From the IMG/VR virus record IMGVR_UViG_3300045253_000007: 64,000 bases of DNA; one strand, given 5' to 3'. Both the position numbers and the translations under genes were made by a program. The stretch is from an uncultured virus (IMG/VR IMGVR_UViG_3300045253_000007). Taxonomy: Duplodnaviria > Heunggongvirae > Uroviricota > Caudoviricetes. This document shows, one piece after another, positions 9,778 to 21,135 of this stretch. The stretch's first letter is position 1, and each line of letters begins with the position of its first letter. The notes under the pieces are model-generated. The model saw only the letters and a program-made list of their open reading frames with translations, ran no database searches and was not told the origin of the DNA.

Positions 9778-10215
9778 ATGGCAAGTAAGGCATTTAACGA
9801 AGAGACAATCGAATTGCTAGATGGAACAGAAGTAGAACTTCGCCCACTACCAATCGGCAAGATGCGTAAGGTTATGGCAATCTGGCTAGACCACACATCT
9901 AACGTATCCAAGCAGTACAGGGACGCTAGAGTAGCATCTAATCCTGACGGAGAAGATTCAGAAGACACTGTGTTTGACCCAGACATTTATGCAGCATTAG
10001 AGGCTAAACTACAGGGCCAGCAGTATGACACTCTTATCAAGTTGAGCAAGTTTGGACTTGAATCACAACTAAAGGGTGAAAAAACTGACAAGCAGTTCAC
10101 TGATTACCTAGAGGATACTCTAGACGACAAGACCATTCAGCGCGTATTGCTTGTTACGGCAAGTTTGAGAATAGGTGAAGACTCCCCAAATCTTCCGACG
10201 CCGAACCCGGCGTAA
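9778..10215 (+). CDS. tail assembly chaperone (G-like)
   Basis: Between the major tail and tape measure genes; slippery heptamer near its end. Confidence 0.8.
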   Translation: MASKAFNEETIELLDGTEVELRPLPIGKMRKVMAIWLDHTSNVSKQYRDARVASNPDGEDSEDTVFDPDIYAALEAKLQGQQYDTLIKLSKFGLESQLKGEKTDKQFTDYLEDTLDDKTIQRVLLVTASLRIGEDSPNLPTPNPA

Positions 10216-10526
10216 GTTGGGAAGATTTAGATTTAGTTGAAATTGAGTCAGATGTTTTTGAAATGGGAAACTGGCTCAATTTCACTGAAATGGAGAACCA
10301 CCTAACACTCAGTGAATTATATGAGTTGCAAGCCGCACTGTACCGCAAAGAGCACAGACATAATAAGTGGCTAGCGGCGGTAAACGGTGCAGATATTGAT
10401 GAAAATTCAGAAACGAATGAAACCTTTGAAGAAATTAAGGCTAGAGCGGAAGAAGAACTTTCGGGAAGGAGTAGTGAAGAACGCGCGCTTGAAGACATAG
10501 GAATTATGATTGAAAGCGACGATTAA
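10185..10526 (+). CDS. tail assembly chaperone -1 frameshift extension (GT-like)
   Basis: C CCA AAT at 10185-10191; -1 frame open through the 10263-10526 ORF. Confidence 0.8.
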   Translation, partial: PKSSDAEPGVSWEDLDLVEIESDVFEMGNWLNFTEMENHLTLSELYELQAALYRKEHRHNKWLAAVNGADIDENSETNETFEEIKARAEEELSGRSSEERALEDIGIMIESDD

Positions 10527-10530
10527 ATAA

Positions 10531-13500
10531 ATGCAAAATATTGATGTGCGCTTTAGCGCAACCAGCAGTTTTGGCGCGGTAAAGGCAGACCTCGCAGCAC
10601 TAGAGACGCAAGCAGCGTCTCTTAATGCTGAATTGCTAAAAACTTCTCGTGCGCAGCCACCAGCAATTATTGATGCTGGTGCATGGAAGCGCGGTAGCGA
10701 TGCGGTAACCATTGCTAGTCGAGCATATAGAGAAGCAGCCTCATCTTCTGGTATTCTAAATACCCAGCAGATTAGAGCCACATCAGAAGCCGAAAGATAC
10801 ACCCAGTCTCTACAGAAGCAGAAGTTGTCCCTTATGGACATCATCAAGCATCAGGGTATCATGAAGCAGGTCTACCAAGACCAGTTGAAGTACCAGCGCA
10901 TGACTGCCCAGTATTGGGGTACTGATATGTCCGGTAGGGCTGTTACCGATATTACAATTCCGAAGAACGTACCAGATGACCTTGATACAATGCGCCGTCG
11001 TATTGGCTTCTTTGGTAACGAGGTAGCATCTGCATCCACACAGATGGTTAACCTAGGTAAGAACATTCAGTGGTCTGGTCGTCAGTTGATGGTCGGTTTC
11101 ACATACCCGATGGTACTATTCGGTGCCGCTGCTGGCGTTGCCGCTTACAAGGCCGATGCAGCATTCGCTAGCATCAACAAGGTTTATGACCTTTCAGCCA
11201 AGGCTTCTACAGACTCAATGCAGCGAGAGAAGGAACTTGCCGACCTAAGAAATAAGTCTATGGCAATGGCTACCGACTCCGCTAGGGAATATGGAACAAC
11301 ACTTAATAATACCCTAAAGGTAGAACAGGCTCTTGCCGCTACCGGTCTAAAGGGACAGAACCTTCTTTCGTCCACTAAGCAGGTTAACCGTATTTCTGCT
11401 ATTGGTGACATTGACCCAACACAGACAACCCAGATGGTTATTTCACTTGAAACAGCATTCAAGTTGCACGGCGACCAAGTTACCAACACACTAAACTTCA
11501 TGAACGCTGCTGCTAACGCAACGTCTCTATCCCTACAGGATATCGCGGTAGCAACGCCTCGTGCTGCTAATGCTCTTGCTGCTCTTGGTGTTAACGCTAA
11601 GCAGATGACGGTATTATTGGTTTCCATGCGTGAATCTGGTGTTGAGGCGGCTCAGGGCGCTAACGCTCTAAAGTCACTATCTGCTAGAATTCTAAATGAT
11701 ACCATCATCAAGAAGGCATCAAAGATGTTCACCAGTTTCGGTGAAGATATCAACGTTGGGGCAATCCGTGATGAGTCAAAGGGTAACCTTATGGAATTCA
11801 TCAAGTTGCTTGGTCAGGCCGAGAACCAGAGCGGTAAATTGACAGCACAACAGAAGGCCATGGCTAACGCCACACTTGCTGGAACCTTCCAGTTCTCCCG
11901 ATTCACTTCCATGCTAACAAACACGGCAGATGCTTATGCTGGTGTAAAGAATCAGACGTATGCAGCACTACAGTTGCAGAAGCAGTCCGACACTCAGTTG
12001 GCTATTACTGCTAAGCACTCCCAAGAACTTATGATGAACAACCCTGCCGGTAAGTTCCGTCAGGATTGGGCGCTTCTACAAATTCAACTTGTAAAGATGG
12101 GCCAGCCGTTCCTAGAGATTGCAGATAAGGCTCTAAGCGCATTCACCAAGGTAGGTTCATTCTTCAATAATATGCCAGACTGGTCAAAGAAGGCTGCCCT
12201 TATTGTTCTATCCATCATGGCACTAGCCGGTCCAGTTATTATGCTAAGTGGTCTATTCGTCAACCTTGCTGGACAGTTCGGTAAGGGTGTTGCCGCCATC
12301 GCCAAGTTAATTGGTATATCAGACCTTGTAACTAAGTCTGAACAGGCTGCCACTCTAACCGCAGAAGCACAGAACAAGGCCATGATGGAGCAGGTCGCGG
12401 TAGTCTCTGACCTTGCCGCAGAGTTCAAGGTTCTTGCTGAGTCTATTGCATTTGCTCACGACGCATCTCTTGGCGGTATTGTTTCACCAAGTTTAACGGC
12501 TGCCGAAACAGAAGCGGCTGCTACCGCGACGGTATCCAAGGCACCGCTTGTTTACCAGTATTCTCGCGGAACAAACGCTGCTGAAACCGCTGCTAATAGA
12601 GAGGCTGGCCGCTCTAATCCGCTTCCTACACTGTATGCTCAGAATCTTGCACAAGAAGAAGAGATGAATAGGAAGGTTGCTGCACAAGCAACCATTAGGG
12701 ATAGAATCAAGGGTAGTGTTAGCGGAACTGCTGTTGCTACCGCAGCCATGGGTGCATCTATGGCTTTGATGGTTGCTCCAACCGGCGCGGTAGGTCATAA
12801 CATTGGCGAATGGCTAATGCTAGGAACCTTCATTGTGCCAAGTATTATTACTGGCGTAAAGGCTATGAAGTCTCTAACCACGGCAACCATTGAGTGGGCT
12901 GCTGCTAAGAGACTTGCTTATGCAGAATCAACGGTTGGTGAGGCTGGTATTGTTGGTAGTCTTGGAGCCGGTATTAAGGGATTTGGTGCAGGTCTAGCAG
13001 AACTAGCCACACCATTGAGTCTAACAGTAGGCGCGGTAGCGGCTGTAGGCGTGGGTCTATTCCTTTGGAACAAGCATCTTAACGATATTGCTGCTCAGCA
13101 GATTAAGACTCACAATGACCTAATCAACATGACAGACACATGGGCTGCTGCTGTTGGACACGTTGGCGTTGCATACGGTCATCTAGCAAGCGTTCAGGCT
13201 GATGTCCTAAAGTCAACTCAGGCAAACGCTTTGCTTTCTGTTTACCAGACTTCTGGAACTGGTGGTTTGAAGTCAACGACCGATGAGTTCAAGAGTGTTG
13301 GTGATGACAAGCAAACTGATTATGCAACGCAACACTTCTTGGCTCTAATGGCCGAGCAAGGTTTGAGTGCTAGGGAGGCTGGCGCAAATATCGTTGCTCT
13401 TTACGAGGCAGCAGGTAAGGGCGCTGACCAAGCGAATCTTGTGGTTCAGCCACTTATTGACAAGTATACCAAGTTGTCTAAGTTGCAGGTCGAGACCTCT

Positions 13501-16239
13501 CTATTCCAGTCTAGAGGACAGGATTGGAGCAGCCAGAACACTAACTTCTTTAGTGCTAATAATATTGATGTAGGTTCAATTAGTGATTCTGCACAGAAGA
13601 CCGCTAACGCTTGGGCACGAGCATTTATTGATGCGAAGCCGGGAAGTGCTGCTGCCAAGGGATTGATGACGCAACTTGAAAATCTTGCTCAAAGCCCTTG
13701 GGATGCTCTATTCAGTAGAGAACTAAAGCAGAGTCCAGACGAGAAGAAGTTCTTTGATGCTCTTGGAATTAGTTCTGCCAAGCAGTTGAGAGATGCCGTC
13801 GCTAAGGCTGGCGGTATTGACTCATTCATTAATTCTGATTCATTCAAGAACGCAAGAAGTACCGCTGGCGGTATGGGAGATATGCAGATTAGTCAGTTGA
13901 AGATTGACGTTCAAAAGGCTATTCAGGCAGAGGCATTACTATTCAGCGGTATTAACAAGGGTCCGACAGACCTTGGTACCGCTCTTGGCGATGACATAAC
14001 TACAATTGATAAGTTCAAGAATGCTTGGATTGTAGCAACGCATGCCATGACAATGACGGAACAGATTGCAGCGGTTAAGAAACTAGGCGCTCAGATTATG
14101 ACTGTTCCTGTTGGTAAGAGTTTTGTTAGTTCAGTTGGTCAGGATATTTCAAACGCTAATAACAACATGATTAAGGCAAATATCAACAGCCTCAACCTAC
14201 AAAATCACTTTAAGCAGGGTGCAACTGCTGCTGAGGCGCTGGCTAACTTTATCAACCAGATTCCACTACCTATCGCCAAGGCTACCGCCGCTGCTAACGC
14301 ATTGGGTGTGGCGCTTTCCACGGCTGCTGCTCCTGTTCTAAAGACAGCATACACCAATATTGAAAATCAGATTGCAACCGATGCAACTGATAACTTCAAC
14401 AACGCTTGGGACAAGCGTGAGGCTGCTATGCAGGCTGGTCAGACCGCAGCAGAAAATGCACTAAAGGCTCGTCATCAGGCTGCTCTAGACCGCATTCAGA
14501 AGAAGATTACCGCAGAGCAGAATGCAGATACTATTCGTCAGCGTCTATATGACAACGAGAAGAAGCGTCTAACTGATATTGCTAATTTGGAGAATGCTCA
14601 AATTGACTTCACCACGGCAGTCATCACAGGTAACCTTGACCAAGCAGCCAAGGACCAGAACAACATGCTTGCTACTCAGGGTTCTAGTCAGATGGATGCC
14701 GAGCAGCAGGCTGCTACGGATAAGACAAAGGCTGCTACAGACGCTCTAACGGCGCAGTCCAATAACTTGCAGAAGACTCAGCAGAAGCAGGAAGCGGCTA
14801 TGGCTGCCGCTCACGCAGCGTCCATGAAGAACCTACAAGATGAGCGTGCTTATCAGTTGAAGACTCTACAGCAACGTCTAGATTTGTTCAAGGCTAACAC
14901 TGTATCCTCCAAGGCTGACCTAGAAGCATGGGCTAAGGAAGTTGGTATTAATCTAAGTCAGGTTGCTGCTAACGTCAAGGGTCAGGGAACTACTTGGGCA
15001 CAATACTTCCGTACAAACATGGACCAGCAGATGAAGTTGGCTGCCGCTGACATCACCACAAGCACTACTTGGGCACAGATTGCTACTAACATGGTTGATT
15101 CTATGATGAAAGCAATTGGATTCAAGAATGTTAAGGAATTCAACACATTTGCTACTACCGGAGTTCTACCTAAGGGATTTGGAACGGATAACCCGACACA
15201 CCACGGCGGCGGTGTTATTGGAGGCCCGTCAACAGGTCGTGGCGGTATTGCAAATACATATGCTGGACTTCACCCATCCGAAGTAATGGTACGCGCTCAG
15301 AAGGGCGAATACATGATTAAGAAGGAGGCTTATGCTAAGCACTCTGCTCTAGCAGAGGCTATCAACAATGATGGTGTTATGGGTGGACAGTCTCCTGCTG
15401 AATCTGGTACCGCTCGACCGTTCTCTCCGCTTGTTGGTCAGACTGTAGGTCTTACGGGTAATATGTTCATGCATGGTATTGGTCAGGCTATTGCAACACT
15501 CACCCACCAGAATATAGGTAATGCACTTAACAACTTACTTGGTGCTGTTGGAGTAAATATGCCGGGAGGTCTTTCAGGCGCTTCCATCAAGGGCGTCGGA
15601 GGAAAGCACCGTCCAATCAACGGTCCCGTAACAAGTGGTATTCACGACCAGTCAACCGGATATCCTGCTGTTGACCTTGCAGGTCCAATCGGACGACCAA
15701 TTTATGCTGTTGGTGATGGTATCGTCAGCAGGTCTTATGATATTAAGGGTTATGAGCCACGTCGTGCAGGTTACGGTAAGCCTCAGGACGGCTTTGCTTC
15801 ATATGGTCGAGTTATCTACCTACACACCAATGCTGGTCCAGAGGTTCTATATGCTCACCTTAGCCAACGCTCAGTAGCAGCCGGTACCAAGGTACCGGGC
15901 GGTACAGTTCTAGGTTACTCTGGTGATTCAGGTAACTCTACCGGTCCTCACCTTCACTTTGGTTCTAAGGGTGTAGGCCCAATGGCTTGGCTGCGCAAGG
16001 GTGGCGAGATTAAGTGGGACAACACTGCTGCAATCCTTCACCAAGGCGAGACTGTTCTTGATAAGCCTCTAACCAAGGCATTCAAGGAAAGAGTTGCATC
16101 GGGAGCCGGTCACGGATATAATGTAACAGTGGACCTAAGAGGCGCGTACATCAAGGAGGACGTTGACATTGAAAAGGCAGTCAACACCGCAATCGACAAG
16201 CGCGAAGCGTTAACTGGTAGAAAGAGGGTTATTACATAA
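10531..16239 (+). CDS. tape measure protein with C-terminal M23 peptidase
   Basis: 1902 aa Ala-rich helical protein; AVDLAG...YAHL...STGPHLHF M23 motifs. Confidence 0.92.
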   Translation: MQNIDVRFSATSSFGAVKADLAALETQAASLNAELLKTSRAQPPAIIDAGAWKRGSDAVTIASRAYREAASSSGILNTQQIRATSEAERYTQSLQKQKLSLMDIIKHQGIMKQVYQDQLKYQRMTAQYWGTDMSGRAVTDITIPKNVPDDLDTMRRRIGFFGNEVASASTQMVNLGKNIQWSGRQLMVGFTYPMVLFGAAAGVAAYKADAAFASINKVYDLSAKASTDSMQREKELADLRNKSMAMATDSAREYGTTLNNTLKVEQALAATGLKGQNLLSSTKQVNRISAIGDIDPTQTTQMVISLETAFKLHGDQVTNTLNFMNAAANATSLSLQDIAVATPRAANALAALGVNAKQMTVLLVSMRESGVEAAQGANALKSLSARILNDTIIKKASKMFTSFGEDINVGAIRDESKGNLMEFIKLLGQAENQSGKLTAQQKAMANATLAGTFQFSRFTSMLTNTADAYAGVKNQTYAALQLQKQSDTQLAITAKHSQELMMNNPAGKFRQDWALLQIQLVKMGQPFLEIADKALSAFTKVGSFFNNMPDWSKKAALIVLSIMALAGPVIMLSGLFVNLAGQFGKGVAAIAKLIGISDLVTKSEQAATLTAEAQNKAMMEQVAVVSDLAAEFKVLAESIAFAHDASLGGIVSPSLTAAETEAAATATVSKAPLVYQYSRGTNAAETAANREAGRSNPLPTLYAQNLAQEEEMNRKVAAQATIRDRIKGSVSGTAVATAAMGASMALMVAPTGAVGHNIGEWLMLGTFIVPSIITGVKAMKSLTTATIEWAAAKRLAYAESTVGEAGIVGSLGAGIKGFGAGLAELATPLSLTVGAVAAVGVGLFLWNKHLNDIAAQQIKTHNDLINMTDTWAAAVGHVGVAYGHLASVQADVLKSTQANALLSVYQTSGTGGLKSTTDEFKSVGDDKQTDYATQHFLALMAEQGLSAREAGANIVALYEAAGKGADQANLVVQPLIDKYTKLSKLQVETSLFQSRGQDWSSQNTNFFSANNIDVGSISDSAQKTANAWARAFIDAKPGSAAAKGLMTQLENLAQSPWDALFSRELKQSPDEKKFFDALGISSAKQLRDAVAKAGGIDSFINSDSFKNARSTAGGMGDMQISQLKIDVQKAIQAEALLFSGINKGPTDLGTALGDDITTIDKFKNAWIVATHAMTMTEQIAAVKKLGAQIMTVPVGKSFVSSVGQDISNANNNMIKANINSLNLQNHFKQGATAAEALANFINQIPLPIAKATAAANALGVALSTAAAPVLKTAYTNIENQIATDATDNFNNAWDKREAAMQAGQTAAENALKARHQAALDRIQKKITAEQNADTIRQRLYDNEKKRLTDIANLENAQIDFTTAVITGNLDQAAKDQNNMLATQGSSQMDAEQQAATDKTKAATDALTAQSNNLQKTQQKQEAAMAAAHAASMKNLQDERAYQLKTLQQRLDLFKANTVSSKADLEAWAKEVGINLSQVAANVKGQGTTWAQYFRTNMDQQMKLAAADITTSTTWAQIATNMVDSMMKAIGFKNVKEFNTFATTGVLPKGFGTDNPTHHGGGVIGGPSTGRGGIANTYAGLHPSEVMVRAQKGEYMIKKEAYAKHSALAEAINNDGVMGGQSPAESGTARPFSPLVGQTVGLTGNMFMHGIGQAIATLTHQNIGNALNNLLGAVGVNMPGGLSGASIKGVGGKHRPINGPVTSGIHDQSTGYPAVDLAGPIGRPIYAVGDGIVSRSYDIKGYEPRRAGYGKPQDGFASYGRVIYLHTNAGPEVLYAHLSQRSVAAGTKVPGGTVLGYSGDSGNSTGPHLHFGSKGVGPMAWLRKGGEIKWDNTAAILHQGETVLDKPLTKAFKERVASGAGHGYNVTVDLRGAYIKEDVDIEKAVNTAIDKREALTGRKRVIT

Positions 16240-16706
16240 TGTCTAACTGGAAGACTAATGCAATTATGCTGTGGTCTGGTAATATGATTACTGACCACGG
16301 ACGACAGCCCCTAACCGAGAAGATTGAACGTATCGGTACCGACAAGCGTATGGCTAATGGAACTCTTCGTAGATTTTATGTCGGAATCAAGCGAAGTTGG
16401 GACGTTACTTGGCAGAACATTCCTTCTACCAACACTGTAACTGGCGGATACTCAACCGCTGACGGTGGATATTCAGGCGAGCAGATTCAGGCTTTCTACA
16501 ATGCTAATCAGGGTAAGTTCAGGCTAGTTCTAAAGCGCGGTAGCGCCATTGGTCTATCAACCCCAAACCCTGCGGAATCAGCCTTGCCATATCAGGACCA
16601 GAACTTCTACATTTGCAATGTTATGTTTACAGACTTTTCTAAGGACGTAGTACGTCGAGGCACAGTTGATTTCTGGAACATAACATTGACTATGGAAGAG
16701 GTATAA
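16239..16706 (+). CDS. distal tail / minor tail protein
   Basis: Directly after the tape measure gene, coupled by TAATG. Confidence 0.65.
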   Translation: MSNWKTNAIMLWSGNMITDHGRQPLTEKIERIGTDKRMANGTLRRFYVGIKRSWDVTWQNIPSTNTVTGGYSTADGGYSGEQIQAFYNANQGKFRLVLKRGSAIGLSTPNPAESALPYQDQNFYICNVMFTDFSKDVVRRGTVDFWNITLTMEEV

Positions 16707-19700
16707 TGAAAACAGCGGCCCCAGCGACCGTTAGCACCATCTTGAACGACAATGAAAACGTCATGTCCGCTGTCGTTTACGCCGAATGGAATCATAATAG
16801 GTTCTACCGTACCGTTGTGGATAACACTCCCTCAGAGGATACCGATGGTTACGACATTGAACTATTTCCTATTACTTCTATCTCATTGGCAAACCGACCT
16901 AAGGCCGGTATCAATAAGGCTGTCGTAGGACAGGCCACTATAGAGCCTAGCGTACACACTAGCGTACCCGCTGCCAGATACTATCTAGCGTCCAAGGAAG
17001 ACCAGTACAAGTATTGGCAGAGCCCTTTGTCTGCCGTGGGACCTCCGGTGTCTGGACAATACGCTATGACCAACTGTGCGCCTCAGGTGACCTACGTACA
17101 GGACGCTCAGGTATCCGGTGCAGACGTTCCAATGACAGTCAACGCCAACAAGGTGTCATTCACGGTAGAAAACACATACTCAAACCCGGTAGCATACACG
17201 GTTCAAATTAAGACTACTACCGGTGGCGCTTGGACAACCATCGCAACCAACCCGGTAGTTCCAAGCAACGGTAAGGTTGAATTATGGTACAACGGAACCA
17301 CATGGACCACAACACTAAATCTAGCCAACGTGACGACAATTTACGGTGTCAGGCTGGTAGTCACCGCTATGGACAAGGCTGCATACTTCAATCTTATCGA
17401 GTTGACAGCGGCGCTACAGATTGATGTTAGTAATGATGTTATTTCACAGCAGTCCACACACACCATGGCTCAGCCAGACTTCATCAGTCCACTAGGGCAG
17501 ATTTCAAGCAATACCGGCCAATTGGTTCTGTTCAATGAAACCCGCACCTACTCAAACGACAATGCTTCAAGCATCCTGTATGGAATAGTTGACAAGGGTG
17601 TTAAGTTCACTTGCTGGTATAACTACGGTGGAGACTTAGTTCAAGAGTTTGAGATGTATGCAGATGTTTGGACTGAGGGCGAGTCTGACGTTACCGTAGC
17701 GCTTCTAGATAATACTACCATCTTCATGAACACCATCCCACGCGCGGTACTGTATAGAAATATTCCTATTCAAGAAGCAGTGTGGCGTATTTGTGATATT
17801 GTTGGTTTCACTGATTACACAGTGAAGACAATCTCTACAGACCCACAGTCCATCATTGATATATTCTGGACAGATGGTACGAAGACGGTATGGGATATTT
17901 TCTCTGAACTTTCCAGAGCGACACAGACGGCAATCTTCTTTGACTCCTATGGTAAGTTGCAAATTGTACCTCGTGGTGCTGCATGGAACAGTGCACAGGC
18001 TACAAGTTATACTTTTAACAGAGAAGATGTACCGGGTGGTGCTCCTTCCAACATCATCAGTCTTTCAAAGACGACCAACTATGAAGCAAATAAGGTGACT
18101 GTCAGTTGGCAGCCCACCAATTTCGCTGAGAAGCGTGACAACATTATTCCATTTGAAATGGTTTGGCAACCCGATGGAGATGTTGTTCTGCGCTCTAGCG
18201 AACTGGTAGCAGATATCACAAGCACCAGCGTATACATAACATTGGGACAGGCTGACGGCTCAACATGGCCTTTCTCTGGTTACTGCCAAATTGAGGGCGA
18301 ATGGATTGCTTACACAGGAAAGAGATACGTTTGGTATGACGAGACGAACACCAGACAGGTCAGTGTTGTTAACGACTTGGCGTCTCAGCAGGCTCTAGAC
18401 GCGCGCACGGGTGCATTCTACACGCACCTTAACCAGTACAGCGGACACCTGTTCATCACAGAGCGCGGAGCGTACAACACCGAGGCTAAGGACCACCATG
18501 CACAACTTTACCTTAACGCAACCAACGGTTGGACCAAGTTGCGCAGAATTGGCTACTCCACAAATGTCTCACCATGCGCCGGTATAGTTCTAACACCATC
18601 CCAGAGTCAGGTAAGCCTACAGTCTGACAAGGGAACAATGAATGATTATACCTATCTTATGAGAGGTAATGCAACCGACCCCGGATTCTCTCGTATTGGA
18701 ACAAGAATGCGTATTGACAAAACTTCTCACAGAGATAAGGTCGGAGGTATCTTCTTTAGCGGAACAAGTCAGGGTGCCGGATACTTTATCGAAGTTCAGG
18801 CTTCTGTCAAGATGACTGGACCGCTACGCGCCACTCACAATGAGATTACACTTTACTCCATGAAGACGGATGGAAGTAAGCAGCAGTTCGGTGGAGAAAT
18901 TGTCACGCTTAGAGACTATTCACACAACCATCCGGGCGGTGCAACATACAAGGAAAACATTGGTGCGCAGTTCCCGGTAGTTCAAGGAACCTACATCGAA
19001 CTGGACGTAACAGTGACCAGCGGTACTAATGATACGATTGAGGTTAGGGCTAATGGTCAGTTACTATTCAGCACAACGATTACTGCCGCTTCCGGTTGGA
19101 AGCAGTCATACGTTTCACGTTCAGGTTTGTACGTTCGCGGTATTTCCAAGGCTACTTTTGATTATTTCTACTCATCATACAACGCATTCTCCCCAGCGCC
19201 TTTGGACAATGAGTCATACTACAACCGCATCAGCGGAGGTTACTACGCAGACCAGTGGCAGAAGGACTGGGCTTACGACATTAGAACCGTAAGACGTAAG
19301 ATTAAGGGTAAGTGGACAAAGGTTGCACAGAAGTACAATCAGCGCTTTTACGATGAATTCGGACCAATGGTACATGAGATTAGAAAGTTTGATGTCAAGT
19401 TTACCAGCGCCACACCGTCTTTGCAGTCTAAGTTGTATTTCAGCAACGATAGTCAGGTAGTCTGCACTGAGTTCTGGTCAGACCCAATGAATGCTCATTT
19501 CACTCTGGCAAACATCAGCAGGTACAACGCGGTAGTTAGTGGTGATGATACGCTGACAACTCAGGGTAACGGAACCATTGCCCAGAAGTTGTTTGTTTAC
19601 GGTCGTCCGGTAATTCAAGGGACTAAGTTGCAAATTGTTCAAGAAGACACTACAGCGCTGGGTAAGCGTCGTGGTCCTATCGCTATCGAGTATGCATCCC

Positions 19701-19933
19701 CTTGGATTCAGAACAAGCAGGAAGCAACCAACTTCGCCAACTGGCTAACCACTCACTGGCAAAAGGCTGATTCAGATGTAACACTAGAGGTATTTGGTAA
19801 CCCTCTTATTGAACTTACAGACCTAGTTCACGTCAACTACCTAGACATCAATGCTAACTACTACGTGGTAGGTATTGACAATGCATTTGACGGCGGACTT
19901 ACCACAAAGTTGAGTTTGCGTAGAGCCAGTTAG
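16706..19933 (+). CDS. minor tail protein (tail tip hub)
   Basis: 1075 aa; C-terminal GNPLIELTDLV hub motif. Confidence 0.75.
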   Translation: MKTAAPATVSTILNDNENVMSAVVYAEWNHNRFYRTVVDNTPSEDTDGYDIELFPITSISLANRPKAGINKAVVGQATIEPSVHTSVPAARYYLASKEDQYKYWQSPLSAVGPPVSGQYAMTNCAPQVTYVQDAQVSGADVPMTVNANKVSFTVENTYSNPVAYTVQIKTTTGGAWTTIATNPVVPSNGKVELWYNGTTWTTTLNLANVTTIYGVRLVVTAMDKAAYFNLIELTAALQIDVSNDVISQQSTHTMAQPDFISPLGQISSNTGQLVLFNETRTYSNDNASSILYGIVDKGVKFTCWYNYGGDLVQEFEMYADVWTEGESDVTVALLDNTTIFMNTIPRAVLYRNIPIQEAVWRICDIVGFTDYTVKTISTDPQSIIDIFWTDGTKTVWDIFSELSRATQTAIFFDSYGKLQIVPRGAAWNSAQATSYTFNREDVPGGAPSNIISLSKTTNYEANKVTVSWQPTNFAEKRDNIIPFEMVWQPDGDVVLRSSELVADITSTSVYITLGQADGSTWPFSGYCQIEGEWIAYTGKRYVWYDETNTRQVSVVNDLASQQALDARTGAFYTHLNQYSGHLFITERGAYNTEAKDHHAQLYLNATNGWTKLRRIGYSTNVSPCAGIVLTPSQSQVSLQSDKGTMNDYTYLMRGNATDPGFSRIGTRMRIDKTSHRDKVGGIFFSGTSQGAGYFIEVQASVKMTGPLRATHNEITLYSMKTDGSKQQFGGEIVTLRDYSHNHPGGATYKENIGAQFPVVQGTYIELDVTVTSGTNDTIEVRANGQLLFSTTITAASGWKQSYVSRSGLYVRGISKATFDYFYSSYNAFSPAPLDNESYYNRISGGYYADQWQKDWAYDIRTVRRKIKGKWTKVAQKYNQRFYDEFGPMVHEIRKFDVKFTSATPSLQSKLYFSNDSQVVCTEFWSDPMNAHFTLANISRYNAVVSGDDTLTTQGNGTIAQKLFVYGRPVIQGTKLQIVQEDTTALGKRRGPIAIEYASPWIQNKQEATNFANWLTTHWQKADSDVTLEVFGNPLIELTDLVHVNYLDINANYYVVGIDNAFDGGLTTKLSLRRAS

Positions 19934-19970
19934 TATTTGACTTATCCTGTTGTTACGATATACTTATATT

Positions 19971-20300
19971 ATGACGACAGAGATTTGGACAGATTTCGAC
20001 CCGAACCTTCAAATTCCTTCTGACTTGAAGAACGCCAAGATTGGTGTCAAGCCAGATGTTGTTTCTGATATTCCAGACCCAGATGCAAATATTGACCCTC
20101 AGAGCGAGTCTCTAGATGATAACTCATCCATGCTTGTCGAGGACGAACCTGCCAATGCTCTAGATACCCCGTCATCATACACCATTATTTCACAGACAGT
20201 AAGAACAGACCCACAGGGCAATCAGGTTGTTGATGTGGTAATAGACGTTGAAGAGGTACCCGGAGCGGTAGATTATCAAGTGAGGGTATCACCAAACTAA
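19971..20300 (+). CDS. hypothetical tail-region protein
   Basis: Leaderless ATG 6 nt after TATACT (TTGACT -35 at 19937). Confidence 0.65.
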   Translation: MTTEIWTDFDPNLQIPSDLKNAKIGVKPDVVSDIPDPDANIDPQSESLDDNSSMLVEDEPANALDTPSSYTIISQTVRTDPQGNQVVDVVIDVEEVPGAVDYQVRVSPN

Positions 20301-20301
20301 T

Positions 20302-21135
20302 ATGTTAACAGCCAAGGGAAAGACATTCATCAAGCGTTACCTAGCCGGTCAAGCCGGTAACGTTGTCGGTGCCATTTCCGTAGGTTGCGGCGGTACAGCA
20401 GCAACGATTAACGATGTTAGACTACAGTTTGAGTTCGCTAGAATTCCTGTAGCAATCACAACTTACGACTTCACAACCGACAGCCTAGTCTTCAAAGGCT
20501 CATTAGATGAGACGATATCTGGTAAGATTTATGAGGTTGGTTTGTGGACATCTGAGGTAAACTCAGCAGCCGGTAATCAGGCCAGCCGAGAGGTCACTTC
20601 ATTCGACCTTGCAAACGAGGCTTGGACAAACGAGACGCCAGAATCCACTATTGCTCGCATCGGTGTAGATTCTCTAAAGCATACTCCCGCACTTAGCACC
20701 ACAGTGACCAGCGTTCTTTCTGGTTTGACACTAGATTTCTCAGGTAGTTCCTCACTAGACACTTTCGTCGTTGCATATAATGTAGATAATGCATTCTGTG
20801 CCAACATGAAGATTAAGTTCCTTACAGACTCTAGCAACTACTACACATTTACGATTACTTCACCATCTGTTGGTTACAGTTTTGCATCTTTCCAGAAGGG
20901 AACCGCAACTGTTACCGGCACGCCAGATTGGTCTAACATCAATCAGGTTGAGGTTGATACTACCGCCACGAGCGGCGGTAGCGCATCTGTCGAATGGGAC
21001 GGTATTAGGATTGAAGACGTAGACACTCTTGCTCCTGAATACGGTTTGGTTGCACGATTCGTACCAGCATCATTCGTTACAAAGACTGATGGTCTAGTTC
21101 AAGATATCGAATACAGTCTAGCGGTAAGTCTATAA
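20302..21135 (+). CDS. minor tail protein
   Basis: 277 aa beta-rich protein in the tail module. Confidence 0.65.
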   Translation: MLTAKGKTFIKRYLAGQAGNVVGAISVGCGGTAATINDVRLQFEFARIPVAITTYDFTTDSLVFKGSLDETISGKIYEVGLWTSEVNSAAGNQASREVTSFDLANEAWTNETPESTIARIGVDSLKHTPALSTTVTSVLSGLTLDFSGSSSLDTFVVAYNVDNAFCANMKIKFLTDSSNYYTFTITSPSVGYSFASFQKGTATVTGTPDWSNINQVEVDTTATSGGSASVEWDGIRIEDVDTLAPEYGLVARFVPASFVTKTDGLVQDIEYSLAVSL

